Source: Promethearchaeota archaeon
Lineage (GTDB): Archaea; Asgardarchaeota; Lokiarchaeia; Sigyniarchaeales; SOKP01
Direction: 5' to 3'
Length of the DNA stretch: 64,000 nt
Assembly (NCBI GenBank): GCA_016930515.1
Contig: JAFGGO010000114.1
Location: 1-64,000, forward strand
Under the pieces are notes generated by a model, which did not search any database, was not told the DNA's origin, and worked only from the letters and a program-made list of their open reading frames with translations. This document shows positions 9,297 through 20,480 of the stretch, in pieces. Each line of letters opens with the position of its first letter. The first letter of the stretch is position 1. The position numbers were made by a program, and so were the translations under genes.

Positions 9297-9330
9297 ACAA
9301 AATCAATATAAAACGGGGAGGAAACGATAA

Positions 9331-10002
9331 ATGTTTGAAAATGGAATGTTCGATTTTTTCAACGGACGAAGAACTTTAGAAGATCCAAGGAAAAAGGTTG
9401 TTCTGTTGCAAGAGGAATATGAAAAGTTACTTGAAGACCGCGAGGCTTTAGAATTGCTTTCAGAAAAATTCAAGGAATTAGCGCTCAAGAACAAGGCATT
9501 GGAAGAAGAAATGAAACTGTTAAAAAGCGAATTACATCAAATCGATAGTCTTAAGCAAGAAAAGCAAGAAGTTTTAAATTCATTGATCAGGGCAAAAGCC
9601 GATCTCGAAAACTACAAAAAGTTGATTGAAAGACAAAACAATAACTATAAACTTCAAGCAACCACAAATATTTTGAAAAAGATCATTTCGCATCACGACG
9701 ATTTGGTACGAGCGGTTAAAAATGTAGATTCTCAAGAAAATGGAATTCAAGTAAAAAAAGGATTTGAAATGGTCATAAAAAACCTCGAGAAAATACTGAT
9801 AGAAGAAAATGTGATACCAATGAATTGCGAAGGAGAAAAATTCGACCCATACAAACAAGAAGTTTTGATGGTGAGAGAAGAAGACGAGATCCCCGAAAAT
9901 ACAATATTAGAGGAATTGGAAAAAGGATACTTTTATCACGGTGAAGTCTTACGCCCCGCAAGGGTCGTTATTTCAAAAAAACCAACAACCATATCAAAAT
10001 AA
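9331..10002 (+). CDS. grpE: GrpE nucleotide exchange factor
   Basis: RAKADLENYKK, DDLVRA, GEKFDPYKQE, KGYFYHGEVLRPARVVIS; directly upstream of dnaK. Confidence 0.95.
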   Translation: MFENGMFDFFNGRRTLEDPRKKVVLLQEEYEKLLEDREALELLSEKFKELALKNKALEEEMKLLKSELHQIDSLKQEKQEVLNSLIRAKADLENYKKLIERQNNNYKLQATTNILKKIISHHDDLVRAVKNVDSQENGIQVKKGFEMVIKNLEKILIEENVIPMNCEGEKFDPYKQEVLMVREEDEIPENTILEELEKGYFYHGEVLRPARVVISKKPTTISK

Positions 10003-10048
10003 TAAATAATTGAAAATAAAAAAAATATCAAAAAGGAGTGAATAAACT

Positions 10049-11953
10049 ATGGGAAAAATAATAGGAATAGACCTGGGAACATCTAATTCGGCCGCTGCTG
10101 TATTAGTAGGTGGCAAACCAACCATCATTCCAAGCGCAGAAGGAAATACATTAGGAGGAAAAGCGTTTCCTTCTTATGTTGCATTCACGAAAGATGGTCA
10201 GCGATTAGTTGGAGAGCCTGCACGAAGGCAAGCCATATCTAATCCGGAGAGAACCATTCAAGCAATTAAAAGGAAAATGGGAACTTCATACAAGGTTAGC
10301 ATTGATGGAAAGAATTATACTCCACAAGAAATATCGGCAATGATTCTGAGAAAAATCAAGGACGATGCCAGCGCCTATTTAGGAGAGGAGGTTACCGACG
10401 CTATTATTACGGTCCCTGCTTACTTTAACGACAATCAGCGCCAAGCGACGAAAGACGCGGGAAGGATCGCGGGATTAAACGTGAGGCGTTTAATTAACGA
10501 ACCCACTGCCGCAGCCGTCGCTTACGGCCTTGACAAAAAAGGTCAATCTCTCAAGATTGCTGTTTTGGATCTTGGAGGAGGAACTTTCGATGTTACTGTC
10601 ATGGAAATGGATAATCAAGTGTTCGAAGTCATCTCAACTGCGGGAGACACGGCTTTAGGTGGAACTGACATGGACAAGATCCTCGTTGATCACGTGTGCG
10701 CCGAATTTCAGAAAGACCAAGGAGTCGACTTGAAAAAAGACGCGATGGCAATGCAAAGGATTAGAGAAGCAGTCGAAAAAGCAAAGATAGAATTATCAAC
10801 TTCAGTATCCACGGACATTAACCTGCCCTACATTACTGCCACGCAATCGGGACCAAAACATCTGAACATGACCTTGACAAGGGCAAAATTGGAACAATTA
10901 ATCGATCCAGTCATTCAAAGGTTAGAAGCGCCCATCAAAAAGGCGCTTGAGGACGCCAAGTTGAAAAAAGGAGAAGTTGATAAGGTCATTTTAGTTGGTG
11001 GGCCTACGAGAATGCCGGTCGTTCAAGCAAAATTCGAGAGCTTTTTGGGAAAAATGCCAGAAAGAAGCATCGACCCGATGGAATGTGTTGCTCTTGGAGC
11101 GTCGGTTCAGGGAGGAGTCTTGACGGGAGAAGTCGAAGACTTGTTACTCTTAGATGTGACACCGCTCTCTTTAGGCGTTGAAACGCTCGGAGGAGTGTTC
11201 ACGAAACTCATCGAGCGCAATACCACGATTCCAACCAAAAAAACCGAAACTTTTTCGACCGCAGCCGATAACCAACCAGCCGTGGAAATTCATGTCTTAC
11301 AAGGAGAACGCCCCAAGGCGAGCGATAACATAACACTAGGCAAATTCCATCTAACGGGCATTCCGCCCGCTCCACGAGGCGTGCCACAAATCGAAGTAGC
11401 ATTCGATATCGATCAAAATGGAATCATCAATGTGTCCGCAAAGGACAAGGGTACTGGTAAGAGCCAGTCTATAACCATCACGGCATCCACAAAGATGTCA
11501 GAAGACGAGATCAATCAAAAAGTCAGGGAAGCTGAAAGACACGCCGAAGAAGACAAGAAATTCAAGGAATTGACCGAAGCCAAAAACCAAGGAGAGGCAT
11601 TGATTTATCAAACCGAAAAATTGATAAAGGAGAACGAGACAACGGTTGGAGATCTAAAGGACAAGATCTTGAGCAAGATTTCTGATTTAAAAGCTGCAAT
11701 GGAATCAGAAGATCTCGTAAGGATCAAAAATGCTTCGGAATCGCTACAAAAAGCCCTACACGAGGTTTCAAGCAGAATGTATGGTCAACAGCCCGGACAA
11801 GGTCCTTTCCAGGGAGCTCCCCCCGGAGGAATGGGAGGCGCCCATCCAAGAGAAGAATCATATAAAGGAAAGACCAAGGACGAGATCGAACAGGAGCAAT
11901 TCCGAAGGGCAAGCGGTCAAGATGACGGAGTGGTCGACGCTGAATTTAACTAA
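10049..11953 (+). CDS. dnaK: Hsp70 chaperone DnaK
   Basis: [49 protein letters not shown] and C-terminal DAEF. Lacks the N-domain insert (Gram-positive/archaeal short form). Confidence 0.98.
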   Translation: MGKIIGIDLGTSNSAAAVLVGGKPTIIPSAEGNTLGGKAFPSYVAFTKDGQRLVGEPARRQAISNPERTIQAIKRKMGTSYKVSIDGKNYTPQEISAMILRKIKDDASAYLGEEVTDAIITVPAYFNDNQRQATKDAGRIAGLNVRRLINEPTAAAVAYGLDKKGQSLKIAVLDLGGGTFDVTVMEMDNQVFEVISTAGDTALGGTDMDKILVDHVCAEFQKDQGVDLKKDAMAMQRIREAVEKAKIELSTSVSTDINLPYITATQSGPKHLNMTLTRAKLEQLIDPVIQRLEAPIKKALEDAKLKKGEVDKVILVGGPTRMPVVQAKFESFLGKMPERSIDPMECVALGASVQGGVLTGEVEDLLLLDVTPLSLGVETLGGVFTKLIERNTTIPTKKTETFSTAADNQPAVEIHVLQGERPKASDNITLGKFHLTGIPPAPRGVPQIEVAFDIDQNGIINVSAKDKGTGKSQSITITASTKMSEDEINQKVREAERHAEEDKKFKELTEAKNQGEALIYQTEKLIKENETTVGDLKDKILSKISDLKAAMESEDLVRIKNASESLQKALHEVSSRMYGQQPGQGPFQGAPPGGMGGAHPREESYKGKTKDEIEQEQFRRASGQDDGVVDAEFN

Positions 11954-12122
11954 TAAATTCATTTTTTCTATTTTTTAAAATCAAAGGTTCGTAAAAAAAA
12001 ACGGGGAGGCATAATTGCCTTAGATATCCGAAACGCGGGTTCATTACCTGCCGAACCGGAAATATAATAAGATAGGAATAAGAACGAAAAAAAAAATCAT
12101 TATAACTGAAGAGGTCGATATT

Positions 12123-13130
12123 ATGGCAAAAGATTATTATGGCATATTGGGATTGGAAAAGGGGGCAACTAAGGAAGAAATCAAACGAGCGTTTCGTAAG
12201 TTGGCCAGAAAATATCACCCAGATGTGAATCCAGATGAGAAAAAGTCTGGAGAAAAATTTAAGGAAATAAATGAAGCCTATAGCATTCTTATTGATGATA
12301 AAAAGAGAGAAATGTACGACAAGTTCGGTGTGGTCGATGGAGATCCTAATGCATATCAGCAATGGGCAGGAGGGGGGCCAGCTGGAGGAAAGGTCTATCA
12401 AGGACCAGATGGTACTACATACTATTATTCAAGTTCGGGGGGTCAAGGAGGATTTGATTTTAACGATATCTTTGGATCCGCTGGGGGGAAAAGAAGATCT
12501 GGTGGATTCGATTTTTTTAACGACTTGGGAGACATTTTTGATGTCTTTTCGAACCGAGGAGGAAGCACGAGGGCTAGATCTTCGCCGTTTGGCAATCGAC
12601 CTCGGGAAGGAGACGATCTTAGGTACGACATGGAAATCGAATTCATGGAATCCTTTACGGGAGGTCAGAAAAGGATTCAATATCGAGATCCCGCAAAAGG
12701 GGAACAAACGACCTTAAACGTGAAGATACCAAGAGGAATTAAAAACGATCAAAAATTGCGACTTAAAGGTAAGGGAATGCCGGGAGAAAACGGAGGGAGC
12801 CCTGGAGATTTATATATCGCGATACATGTGAAAAAACATCAAATTTTCAAGAGGAAAAAGGACGATGTGTATTTAGAACGGGAAATTCCTTTTACTACGG
12901 CAGTTTTAGGAGGGAAAATCGAAGTCCCAGGATTGGAAAAGAGTCTGACCGTGACGGTTCCTCCAGGTACGAAAGATTCTACCGTGCTGAGGTTAAAAAA
13001 CCAGGGATTTTATAAATTTAATTCAGAGGAACGAGGAAACGAGCTAATTGAAATAAAAATTGAAGTTCCTAATCGTTTAAACAAGACACAAAAGGAACTT
13101 TTAGAAAAATTAAAAAAAACTGGCATGTAA
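12123..13130 (+). CDS. dnaJ: DnaJ/Hsp40, class B (no Zn finger; CbpA-like)
   Basis: J domain with HPD, G/F-rich linker and C-terminal domain ([16 protein letters not shown]). No CxxCxGxG repeats. Confidence 0.92.
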   Translation: MAKDYYGILGLEKGATKEEIKRAFRKLARKYHPDVNPDEKKSGEKFKEINEAYSILIDDKKREMYDKFGVVDGDPNAYQQWAGGGPAGGKVYQGPDGTTYYYSSSGGQGGFDFNDIFGSAGGKRRSGGFDFFNDLGDIFDVFSNRGGSTRARSSPFGNRPREGDDLRYDMEIEFMESFTGGQKRIQYRDPAKGEQTTLNVKIPRGIKNDQKLRLKGKGMPGENGGSPGDLYIAIHVKKHQIFKRKKDDVYLEREIPFTTAVLGGKIEVPGLEKSLTVTVPPGTKDSTVLRLKNQGFYKFNSEERGNELIEIKIEVPNRLNKTQKELLEKLKKTGM

Positions 13131-13146
13131 TAGGTGAATTGATATA

Positions 13147-15747
13147 ATGATGAAATTCGATAATTTTACAATAAAAGTACAAGAAGCCCTCATGAGAGCG
13201 CGCTCCTTAGCGGAAGACAATAACAACCAGCAGATCGAGCCCGTGCACATCCTAATGGCGCTTATAGATCAACCAGAAGGTATCACGACACCCTTGCTCC
13301 AAAAATTAGGCGTAAACCTGCATCAATTTAATACGGAGCTTAAGGTATTATACGACAACTTGCCTAAAGTAACTGGTGCGGGAGTTATCGAAGCGATGTT
13401 ATCCCAAAATTCTAAAGTACTACTCGATTTAGCGTGGAAAGAAGCCGAAAAGTTAAGGGATCAATACCTTAGTACTGAGCACCTTCTTATCGCAATGGCA
13501 GATTCCGACAAGTTCAGAGTACAGCAAGTTCTGAAAAAACACGGGGTTACAAAGGATAGAATATATCAGGCGCTCAAGAGTGTCCGGGGAAATCAATCGG
13601 TGACCGATCAAGATCCCGAGGGAAAATATCAAGCCATCGAAAAATACAGCAGGAATCTCACGGATTTTGCTCGTAGGGGCAAGATAGATCCCGTGATTGG
13701 AAGGGACGACGAGATACGACGCCTGATGCATATTCTTTCGAGAAGGACGAAAAACAACCCCATCTTGATCGGAGAAGCGGGAGTTGGAAAAACGGCTATT
13801 GTCGAAGGTTTAGCTCAAAGGATCGCTAATAATGACATCCCAGAGTCCTTAAAAGATAAAGAACTGCTTTCTCTGGATTTGGGGGCACTTATTGCTGGTG
13901 CGAAATATAGAGGAGAATTCGAAGATAGGTTAAAAGCATTTCTCAAGGAAGTGGAAAAAGGTGCGGGGAAATATATCTTGTTTATCGATGAGCTACACAC
14001 TCTTGTTGGGGCAGGTGCGGCACAAGGCGCCATAGACGCTTCGAATATGTTAAAACCAGCCCTCGCTAGAGGGGAGTTACGATGCGTTGGGGCGACGACT
14101 TTAGACGAATACAAGAAATACATCGAAAAAGACGCAGCCTTGACGCGCAGGTTTCAAACGGTTTATGTTGCCGAGCCCAGCGTCGAAGACTCTATAGCCA
14201 TTCTTAGGGGACTGAAAGAGAAATATGAAATTCACCACGGCGTAAGAATTACTGACGCTGCAATTATCTCCGCAGTGACGCTTTCAAATAGATATATCTC
14301 CGATAGATTCCTTCCCGATAAGGCAATAGATCTAATGGACGAGGCCGCTTCGAGGTTGAGGATCGAGATTGACAGCATGCCCACGGAAATTGACGAGATA
14401 GAGCGAAAAATTATCCAACTCGAAATTCAAAGGGAGGCTCTTAAAAAAGAAAACGATAAATCGTGTCAAGAAAAGATCGAAAAGATCAACGAAGAATTGA
14501 GAAATCTCATGGAACAAAGCGACGCCATGAAAACTCAATGGCATAATGAAAAACAAGTCATAACGAACATCAATGAAATTCAAAAGAAAATGGAAACGAC
14601 CAAGATCGAGGCAGAAAGAGCGGAGAAACGCGGGGATTTAGAAAAGGCAGCCGAACTCACATATGGTGTTCTCAACCAATTGAAAAAAGACTTAGAAAAG
14701 TATAAAAACGAATTGAAAGAAATTCAGTCTAATACTTCAATGTTAAAACAAGAAGTCGACGAAGAAGACATTGCCAAAATTGTATCACAATGGACAGGTG
14801 TTCCCGTTTCACGCATGCTAGAGGGAGAAAGGGACAAACTCCTAAAAATGGAGGAACGACTGAAAAAAAGGGTCATTGGTCAAGAGAAAGCTTTAGAAAT
14901 AGTTTCAAACGCCATCAGACGTTCCCGTGCGGGAATCCAGGACCCCAACAGGCCAATTGGATCGTTCATATTCATGGGGCCAACGGGAGTAGGAAAAACC
15001 GAAACGGCTAAAGCACTTGCGGAATTCTTATTCGATACGGATCACGCAATGGTACGAATCGACATGTCTGAATACATGGAGAAGCACAGCGTTGCTCGAT
15101 TAATTGGTGCACCACCAGGTTATGTGGGCTACGAGGAGGGAGGACAGTTGACCGAAGCAGTTCGAAGAAGGCCATATAGCGTCATTCTTTTCGACGAGAT
15201 CGAAAAAGCTCATCCTGAAGTGTTTAATGTGCTCCTACAAATACTCGACGACGGCATTCTCACTGACGGTAAGGGAAACCAAGTGAATTTTAAGAATACC
15301 ATTATCATCATGACCAGTAATGTTGGAAGTGAATATATCCTAGAGGCAAGTAATTCCGGTAAAGATATAAATCAAGAAGCGGTGGTTAAATTACTTAGAA
15401 AATATTTTAAGCCGGAGTTTCTCAATAGGATAGACGATATCGTCGTGTTCAAGTTCCTTGAGAAGGATCAAATCAGGAGCATCGTTGACATTCAAATTAA
15501 AAATATCAACAAGACATTAATTGAAAAGAACATAGAAATTAAACTATCAGACAAAGCAAAAGATTTCTTGAGCGAAAAGGGGTTCGATCCAAATTATGGT
15601 GCCAGACCTTTGAAAAGAACTCTTCAAAAATACGTTTTAGACGAGCTTTCTCTGAAGATAATCGAGGGCAAAGTTAATGAGGGCGATTTAGTTCTCGTTG
15701 ATGTCAACAAAAGAGACGAGATCACCTTTGAAGCACGGGCTAAATAG
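13147..15747 (+). CDS. clpB: ClpB disaggregase
   Basis: Clp N-domain, two AAA+ modules ([14 protein letters not shown]; [18 protein letters not shown]), long coiled-coil M-domain, [19 protein letters not shown]. Confidence 0.97.
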   Translation: MMKFDNFTIKVQEALMRARSLAEDNNNQQIEPVHILMALIDQPEGITTPLLQKLGVNLHQFNTELKVLYDNLPKVTGAGVIEAMLSQNSKVLLDLAWKEAEKLRDQYLSTEHLLIAMADSDKFRVQQVLKKHGVTKDRIYQALKSVRGNQSVTDQDPEGKYQAIEKYSRNLTDFARRGKIDPVIGRDDEIRRLMHILSRRTKNNPILIGEAGVGKTAIVEGLAQRIANNDIPESLKDKELLSLDLGALIAGAKYRGEFEDRLKAFLKEVEKGAGKYILFIDELHTLVGAGAAQGAIDASNMLKPALARGELRCVGATTLDEYKKYIEKDAALTRRFQTVYVAEPSVEDSIAILRGLKEKYEIHHGVRITDAAIISAVTLSNRYISDRFLPDKAIDLMDEAASRLRIEIDSMPTEIDEIERKIIQLEIQREALKKENDKSCQEKIEKINEELRNLMEQSDAMKTQWHNEKQVITNINEIQKKMETTKIEAERAEKRGDLEKAAELTYGVLNQLKKDLEKYKNELKEIQSNTSMLKQEVDEEDIAKIVSQWTGVPVSRMLEGERDKLLKMEERLKKRVIGQEKALEIVSNAIRRSRAGIQDPNRPIGSFIFMGPTGVGKTETAKALAEFLFDTDHAMVRIDMSEYMEKHSVARLIGAPPGYVGYEEGGQLTEAVRRRPYSVILFDEIEKAHPEVFNVLLQILDDGILTDGKGNQVNFKNTIIIMTSNVGSEYILEASNSGKDINQEAVVKLLRKYFKPEFLNRIDDIVVFKFLEKDQIRSIVDIQIKNINKTLIEKNIEIKLSDKAKDFLSEKGFDPNYGARPLKRTLQKYVLDELSLKIIEGKVNEGDLVLVDVNKRDEITFEARAK

Positions 15748-15761
15748 GATAATAAATATAA

Positions 15762-16280
15762 TTAATCCATATATGGCTCGAAATCGTCCGCATCGAATCC
15801 GTGCTTACCAGGATCGTAATCGGCACCGAATCTTTCCTGAATGAACCTCACGCAATTAAGGGTGCAAAAGAACATTATTTTTATGGTCTTATAGAAATCG
15901 TTCAGGGAAATTGTTCCGTGTTCGATAAATATCCTGTCAATGAGAACGAATATGGATTTCGAGGGGGTGATATTCATCGCGTGCTCGAAATTTCGGGCGA
16001 TAATAAGCCGCCCTAATGTTTTTATAAATTTCTTTTTTTCACTATTGTCCAATTTATTATAAGCTTCTTGGTGTACTGGATCAAGACGCGTTCCGCAGGA
16101 GATTTCAAAAAAATTCATGTCCTTGGGCTTGATAACCATAAAAACCCTTCCATTTTGGTTTGGATATTTAAATCTAATTCCGAATTCCCAATTTGGGTTT
16201 TTTGGTTCGTTCAATGGTTGGCCTCGTATCTGAAATATGTAATTTTTAATTAATTCTTCGGGCTTTATTGCATTCACCAA
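15762..16280 (-). CDS. Archaeal conserved protein, DUF2299-like
   Basis: PNWEFGIRFKYP...FMVIKPK...LDPVHQEAYNKL...KKKF pattern resembles DUF2299, from recall only. Confidence 0.55.
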   Translation of the reverse strand: MVNAIKPEELIKNYIFQIRGQPLNEPKNPNWEFGIRFKYPNQNGRVFMVIKPKDMNFFEISCGTRLDPVHQEAYNKLDNSEKKKFIKTLGRLIIARNFEHAMNITPSKSIFVLIDRIFIEHGTISLNDFYKTIKIMFFCTLNCVRFIQERFGADYDPGKHGFDADDFEPYMD

Positions 16281-16442
16281 TAAATTCTCTAATATTGATT
16301 AATGCAAGAATTCTTATAAGGATTTTTTGTTATTTTTTTTTCCCAAGAATATATATTTCGATTCAAATTATAATTTAAATAACTCGAATTCTTTTATAGA
16401 TCTAAGGATCAAAATTTAGTTCGTTTTTAAGGGAAGATAAAA

Positions 16443-16853
16443 GTGGCAAAGTTACTACAAGACCTTTGGATACTCATGGACTCTGGTTCAGTATTATATC
16501 ACCGAGTATACGATTCAGAAATCACGGAACAACTATTTGGTGGTCTTATGAGTGCTCTTAATACGTTCGCAGAAACCCTCGTTGAGGGTGGACTTTCTAG
16601 TTTTGAATTAAGCAACAAGCGATTTAATCTTCTAAAAAAGAACAACTTATTTTTTGTTTCTAACTCCGATAAGAAAATCAAGGAAAAAAAAATCATTCCA
16701 GAGCTAGAAAAAGTGGCTGAGATATTTACTAAAAGATACACGCCCGAATTTTTTTGCACATGGGACATGGATATCTCCATTTTCGAAAAATTTGAAGAAG
16801 AAATCAAGGACCAACTAAAGGATCCCGTAAAGACATTTTGGGATGGATTTTAA
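16443..16853 (+). CDS. Longin-like domain protein (eukaryotic signature protein)
   Basis: LWILMDSGSVLYHR...QLFGGLMSALNTFA...LSSFELSNKRF...NLFFV, the beta-beta-alpha-beta-beta-beta-alpha-alpha longin pattern typical of Asgard archaea. Confidence 0.75.
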   Translation: MAKLLQDLWILMDSGSVLYHRVYDSEITEQLFGGLMSALNTFAETLVEGGLSSFELSNKRFNLLKKNNLFFVSNSDKKIKEKKIIPELEKVAEIFTKRYTPEFFCTWDMDISIFEKFEEEIKDQLKDPVKTFWDGF

Positions 16854-16919
16854 AACTTAAATATCTTGATTTATAATTAGCGTATAGTTGGAAGCAATTT
16901 AAAATATAAGTTTCTTTTA

Positions 16920-17591
16920 TTATTCGACGCCTTTAGGATAAAGTCTTCTCTTAAGAGTAGCAGTTCCAGTTTCTTCGTCGTAATCGATAAGATCTACTCT
17001 TGCAAGTTCTTGAACTGATCTCAAAACGAAGGCTCCCGCCACACCCGTGGAGTTCTTCAACTCTTGCCGATTCATAGAGTCTTTAGCGCCGTGTAGGACA
17101 TGTAAGATTCGATAATGTGCTTGACCCTGCCAGATTTCTTCAATTAGAACCCGATATATAGACAAGAGTGCCTGTATCTTCTCAAAATTAAGTTCAGCTT
17201 CCTCTTGCTGGGCGGCAGTTTGAGCGAACTTCTTTAATTCAATTTTAACTTTTTCGTATTCGTCCAGAAGTTTCAATTGTTCTGCGTTCAAGGCACCTAT
17301 TTTCTTGTCCTTTTCCTGTTTTTCAAGCTCGAGTTTTTTCGTTTCTTCTTCGAGTTTTTTTTTTTGTTGCTCTAATCGTTCTTTTTCTTCTTCTAATTGT
17401 TGCTCGCGCTTTTCTAACCTATTTTTAATGGTTTCCATTAAATTTTTTTCTTCTTCGGCTTTTATCCTTTCCTCTTCGAGATTCTTGATTTGAAGCTTGG
17501 CTGCGTGTAAAATATCTCTTAGTTGGCTAAAAATCTGTTCCCCTGTTTGAAGGGCCCCGTCAATGAATTTAATCGCGTTTTCTTTTGACAT
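16920..17591 (-). CDS. Coiled-coil protein with C-terminal winged helix
   Basis: E/K-rich heptads, then HYRILHVLHG...MNRQELKNSTGVAGAFVLRSVQELARVDLIDYDEETG. Confidence 0.75.
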   Translation of the reverse strand: MSKENAIKFIDGALQTGEQIFSQLRDILHAAKLQIKNLEEERIKAEEEKNLMETIKNRLEKREQQLEEEKERLEQQKKKLEEETKKLELEKQEKDKKIGALNAEQLKLLDEYEKVKIELKKFAQTAAQQEEAELNFEKIQALLSIYRVLIEEIWQGQAHYRILHVLHGAKDSMNRQELKNSTGVAGAFVLRSVQELARVDLIDYDEETGTATLKRRLYPKGVE

Positions 17592-17811
17592 GTAATCACA
17601 TCTTTTTACTTTACATTTTTAGTAATGCATATGAAATGAATTCATTTAATATTTGTGATTTCTTATTGTTCGGAAGGTTTTTAATCCTAAAAATTAAATA
17701 TAATTAAACATCAAGATTCAAAAGCAAATAGCAATTTTATAATACAACCATCTAAATTGTTTGGATTTTGTTTTAGTTAGTTATAAAATAATTATTTTTC
17801 GAGTGGATTAA

Positions 17812-19047
17812 ATGGTTGAAAACGAAAGATACGATAAAAATAGGACCATACTTGGCGTTTCAATGCCCATCTTTTTAATGGGATTAGTTTCTCTCTTTAC
17901 GGACATCTCGAGCGAGTCGATACAGAGTTTTTTCTCGTTATATGTCGTATCCGTGGGAGGAACGACCTTAATTCTTGGTTTCATACTCGGATTGACGGAT
18001 GCTCTCTCAAACATCCTAAAAGGCTTTTCAGGGTGGATGAGCGACAAGATCAACAAGAGGAAACCCTTTGTAATTCTTGGATATTCGCTTTCAAACCTTT
18101 CAAAGCCCATAATGGCTTTTAGTACGTCTTGGGAGCCCGTGTTAGGTTTAAAAGCCGCAGATCGGTTTGGAAAGGGATTGAGAACATCTCCGAGAGACAC
18201 GCTTATTTCTTACCACGCTGTCGAAAGAGGGAAGGCTTTCGGCCTTCATAGGGCCCTTGATACATTAGGGGCCGTTATTGGAACTCTTTTAGCAACGATA
18301 CTTCTGCTATTATCTTGGTCTTTCAGTCAAATCATACTTTTCACAATTATTCCAGGTGGTATCGCCATCGTGTTGATTGTTTTTGTGAAAGATGTGGATC
18401 CAAACAAGCTCACGGAAGAAATGATATATAAAACCAAGGATCGACAAATAGATAAAATCGACAAGAGATTAATCAAATTAGTGGTTGTCCTTGGAATTAT
18501 TGAATTTGCGAGCATAAATATGGGATTCCTCCAATTACGATCTTTCGATTATGTGCAAGACCTCTACTTCTTGCCTATCCTTTATTTGATTTCGAGCGTT
18601 TTCTACATGTCTTTATCACCCGTTTTTGGAACGCTCTCAGACAAGGTGGGGAGAAAGCCCATAATTATTGGTGGTTTATCCGTCTTGTTAATTGTATCCA
18701 TCATTCTTGCCGTACCAATCGAGAACTCTTTCGGGTCATTGGTTCTCATAATAATAATGTGGATAATGTATGGCTTTTATATGGCAAGCGTGGATCCCAT
18801 TGCAAGGGCTTATATTGCCGACATGGTAGGAAAAAACAAGCGAGGGAGGGCTTACGGCTATTATTACCTCTCTGTGGGGCTTTTAACCCTAGTAGAAACA
18901 ACATTATTCGGTTTATTGTATGATTCGTTTTCGTACACGGTTGCTTTCGCCTTTTCGTTTATACTTTTACTTGTAAGCATAATTATATTCGCAAAAACGG
19001 ACTTTTCAATCCTAATAGTAAAACCAAAAGTCAATAGTAATGAATAA
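17812..19047 (+). CDS. MFS transporter
   Basis: About 12 TM helices; motif A GWMSDKINKRK and GTLSDKVGRK; DRFGKGLRTSPRD. Confidence 0.93.
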   Translation: MVENERYDKNRTILGVSMPIFLMGLVSLFTDISSESIQSFFSLYVVSVGGTTLILGFILGLTDALSNILKGFSGWMSDKINKRKPFVILGYSLSNLSKPIMAFSTSWEPVLGLKAADRFGKGLRTSPRDTLISYHAVERGKAFGLHRALDTLGAVIGTLLATILLLLSWSFSQIILFTIIPGGIAIVLIVFVKDVDPNKLTEEMIYKTKDRQIDKIDKRLIKLVVVLGIIEFASINMGFLQLRSFDYVQDLYFLPILYLISSVFYMSLSPVFGTLSDKVGRKPIIIGGLSVLLIVSIILAVPIENSFGSLVLIIIMWIMYGFYMASVDPIARAYIADMVGKNKRGRAYGYYYLSVGLLTLVETTLFGLLYDSFSYTVAFAFSFILLLVSIIIFAKTDFSILIVKPKVNSNE

Positions 19048-19059
19048 TGAGCATTTTTA

Positions 19060-20331
19060 TTAATCAGACCACAGGCGAGCCAGGTTAAGTATGACTTCGG
19101 TGGCTTTCTGAAGTGCTAATGTCGGAATATATTCCTTTTTGGAATGGAAAAGAAGCCCACCTGCAAATATATTAGGTGTTGGAATTCCCTGAGCGCTCAA
19201 GGCGGCACCATCCGTACCTCCTCTAATCGAATGAACATTTACATCGATTCCAGCCTGCTCAATTGCCTTCTTAGCCATATCTATCGCTTTTTCTTCTTTT
19301 TCTAAGAACGATTTCATGTTCTGATATTGATGCGAAAAGTTAAGATCGATCTGTAAGCCCTTATAATTTTGCTCGTATTTACTTTTCATTGTTTTGAGAT
19401 GTTCCATTCGTTTCTGGTTGTTATTTTCTTCATAATCTCGAATGATTATATCAGCAATAGCTCGTTCTTCCGTTCCCGATAATTTTGATAAGTGATAAAA
19501 GCCCTCCCTCCCTTCAGTTCGCTCAGGACTCTCACTTTCGGGAATCTCGGCGAGAAACCTACTTGCTAGATGGATTGCATTTACCATGAGCCCCTTTGCG
19601 TGGCCTGGATGTACGCTAAGCCCTCTAAATTCGATCGTGACATTCCACGCGTCGAAACATTCGATTTCTAATTTTCCCATTTCTGAGCCGTCCATCGTGT
19701 AACAGATTTTTGGCAGATAGTCTTTATTAATTTTAATGGTCCCTTTTCCAATTTCCTCGTCAGGAGTAAAACAGACGACAATTGGACCATGTTTAAGCTC
19801 TTTATACTTCTTCCAAGCAGCACATGCTGTTACAATTTCAGCAATTCCTGCCTTATCGTCTGCCCCTAGTAGCGTGTTTCCTTGCGAAGTGATGATATCC
19901 AATCCTATATAATCCTCTAATTGATGGGAATCTTTTATACTTAAAGATAAATCCTGATTTTTAGAAAATAAAATTTCCCTTCCATCATAATTTTCGTGAA
20001 TTACGGGCACGACATTTTCCCCGCTCACTGCAGGAGAAGTGTCAAGATGTGCAATAAAACCAATAGGCTCGAAATGTTCCAAACCATTACTTGCGGGAAC
20101 ATTAGCGTAGACATATCCAAATTCGTCTTGAATTACATTTTTTAATCCTAAATCAATCAATTCCTTCACGAGTATTTTTCCAAACTCAATTTGGTTCGAA
20201 GTCGAAGGAATTGTAGAAGAATTTTTGCTTGAAGAGGTGCCTATTTTTACATAATCACAAAAACGCTTAACTGTTTCTTTTAAAAGGAAAGTCTGAATTT
20301 CTTTAGATAATTCCATGTAATTATTATTCAT
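19060..20331 (-). CDS. pepT: Peptidase T (M20B tripeptidase)
   Basis: IGFIAHLDT, TLLGADDKAGIAEI, FTPDEEIG, HPGHAKGLMVNA, IRGGTDG, FHSKKEY. Confidence 0.95.
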   Translation of the reverse strand: MNNNYMELSKEIQTFLLKETVKRFCDYVKIGTSSSKNSSTIPSTSNQIEFGKILVKELIDLGLKNVIQDEFGYVYANVPASNGLEHFEPIGFIAHLDTSPAVSGENVVPVIHENYDGREILFSKNQDLSLSIKDSHQLEDYIGLDIITSQGNTLLGADDKAGIAEIVTACAAWKKYKELKHGPIVVCFTPDEEIGKGTIKINKDYLPKICYTMDGSEMGKLEIECFDAWNVTIEFRGLSVHPGHAKGLMVNAIHLASRFLAEIPESESPERTEGREGFYHLSKLSGTEERAIADIIIRDYEENNNQKRMEHLKTMKSKYEQNYKGLQIDLNFSHQYQNMKSFLEKEEKAIDMAKKAIEQAGIDVNVHSIRGGTDGAALSAQGIPTPNIFAGGLLFHSKKEYIPTLALQKATEVILNLARLWSD

Positions 20332-20394
20332 TCACAGTTAATTATTTTTACTCTTGTTAGAATTAACTTAAAAAGAATAATTAAAAAAATAAAA

Positions 20395-20439
20395 AGAGGT
20401 GCTTGGTTGATTAAATCAATCTAGCAATCGCCCTCCTCT
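20395..20439. other. GC-enriched stem-loop in AT-rich intergenic DNA, followed on the minus strand by T runs (terminator or structured RNA)
   Basis: Nested pairings AGAGG/CCTCT, TGCT/AGCA and TTGATT/AATCAA. Confidence 0.4.
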
Positions 20440-20480
20440 ATAACCCTTGTACTGTCACGCCTGGATTTAATAAAAAAAAT

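Noticed and set aside
9331-15747. Chaperone block as bacterial contamination
   Set aside because: Composition and codon style look like the flanking archaeal genes, and the intergenic DNA is continuous in character. Coverage data would settle it.
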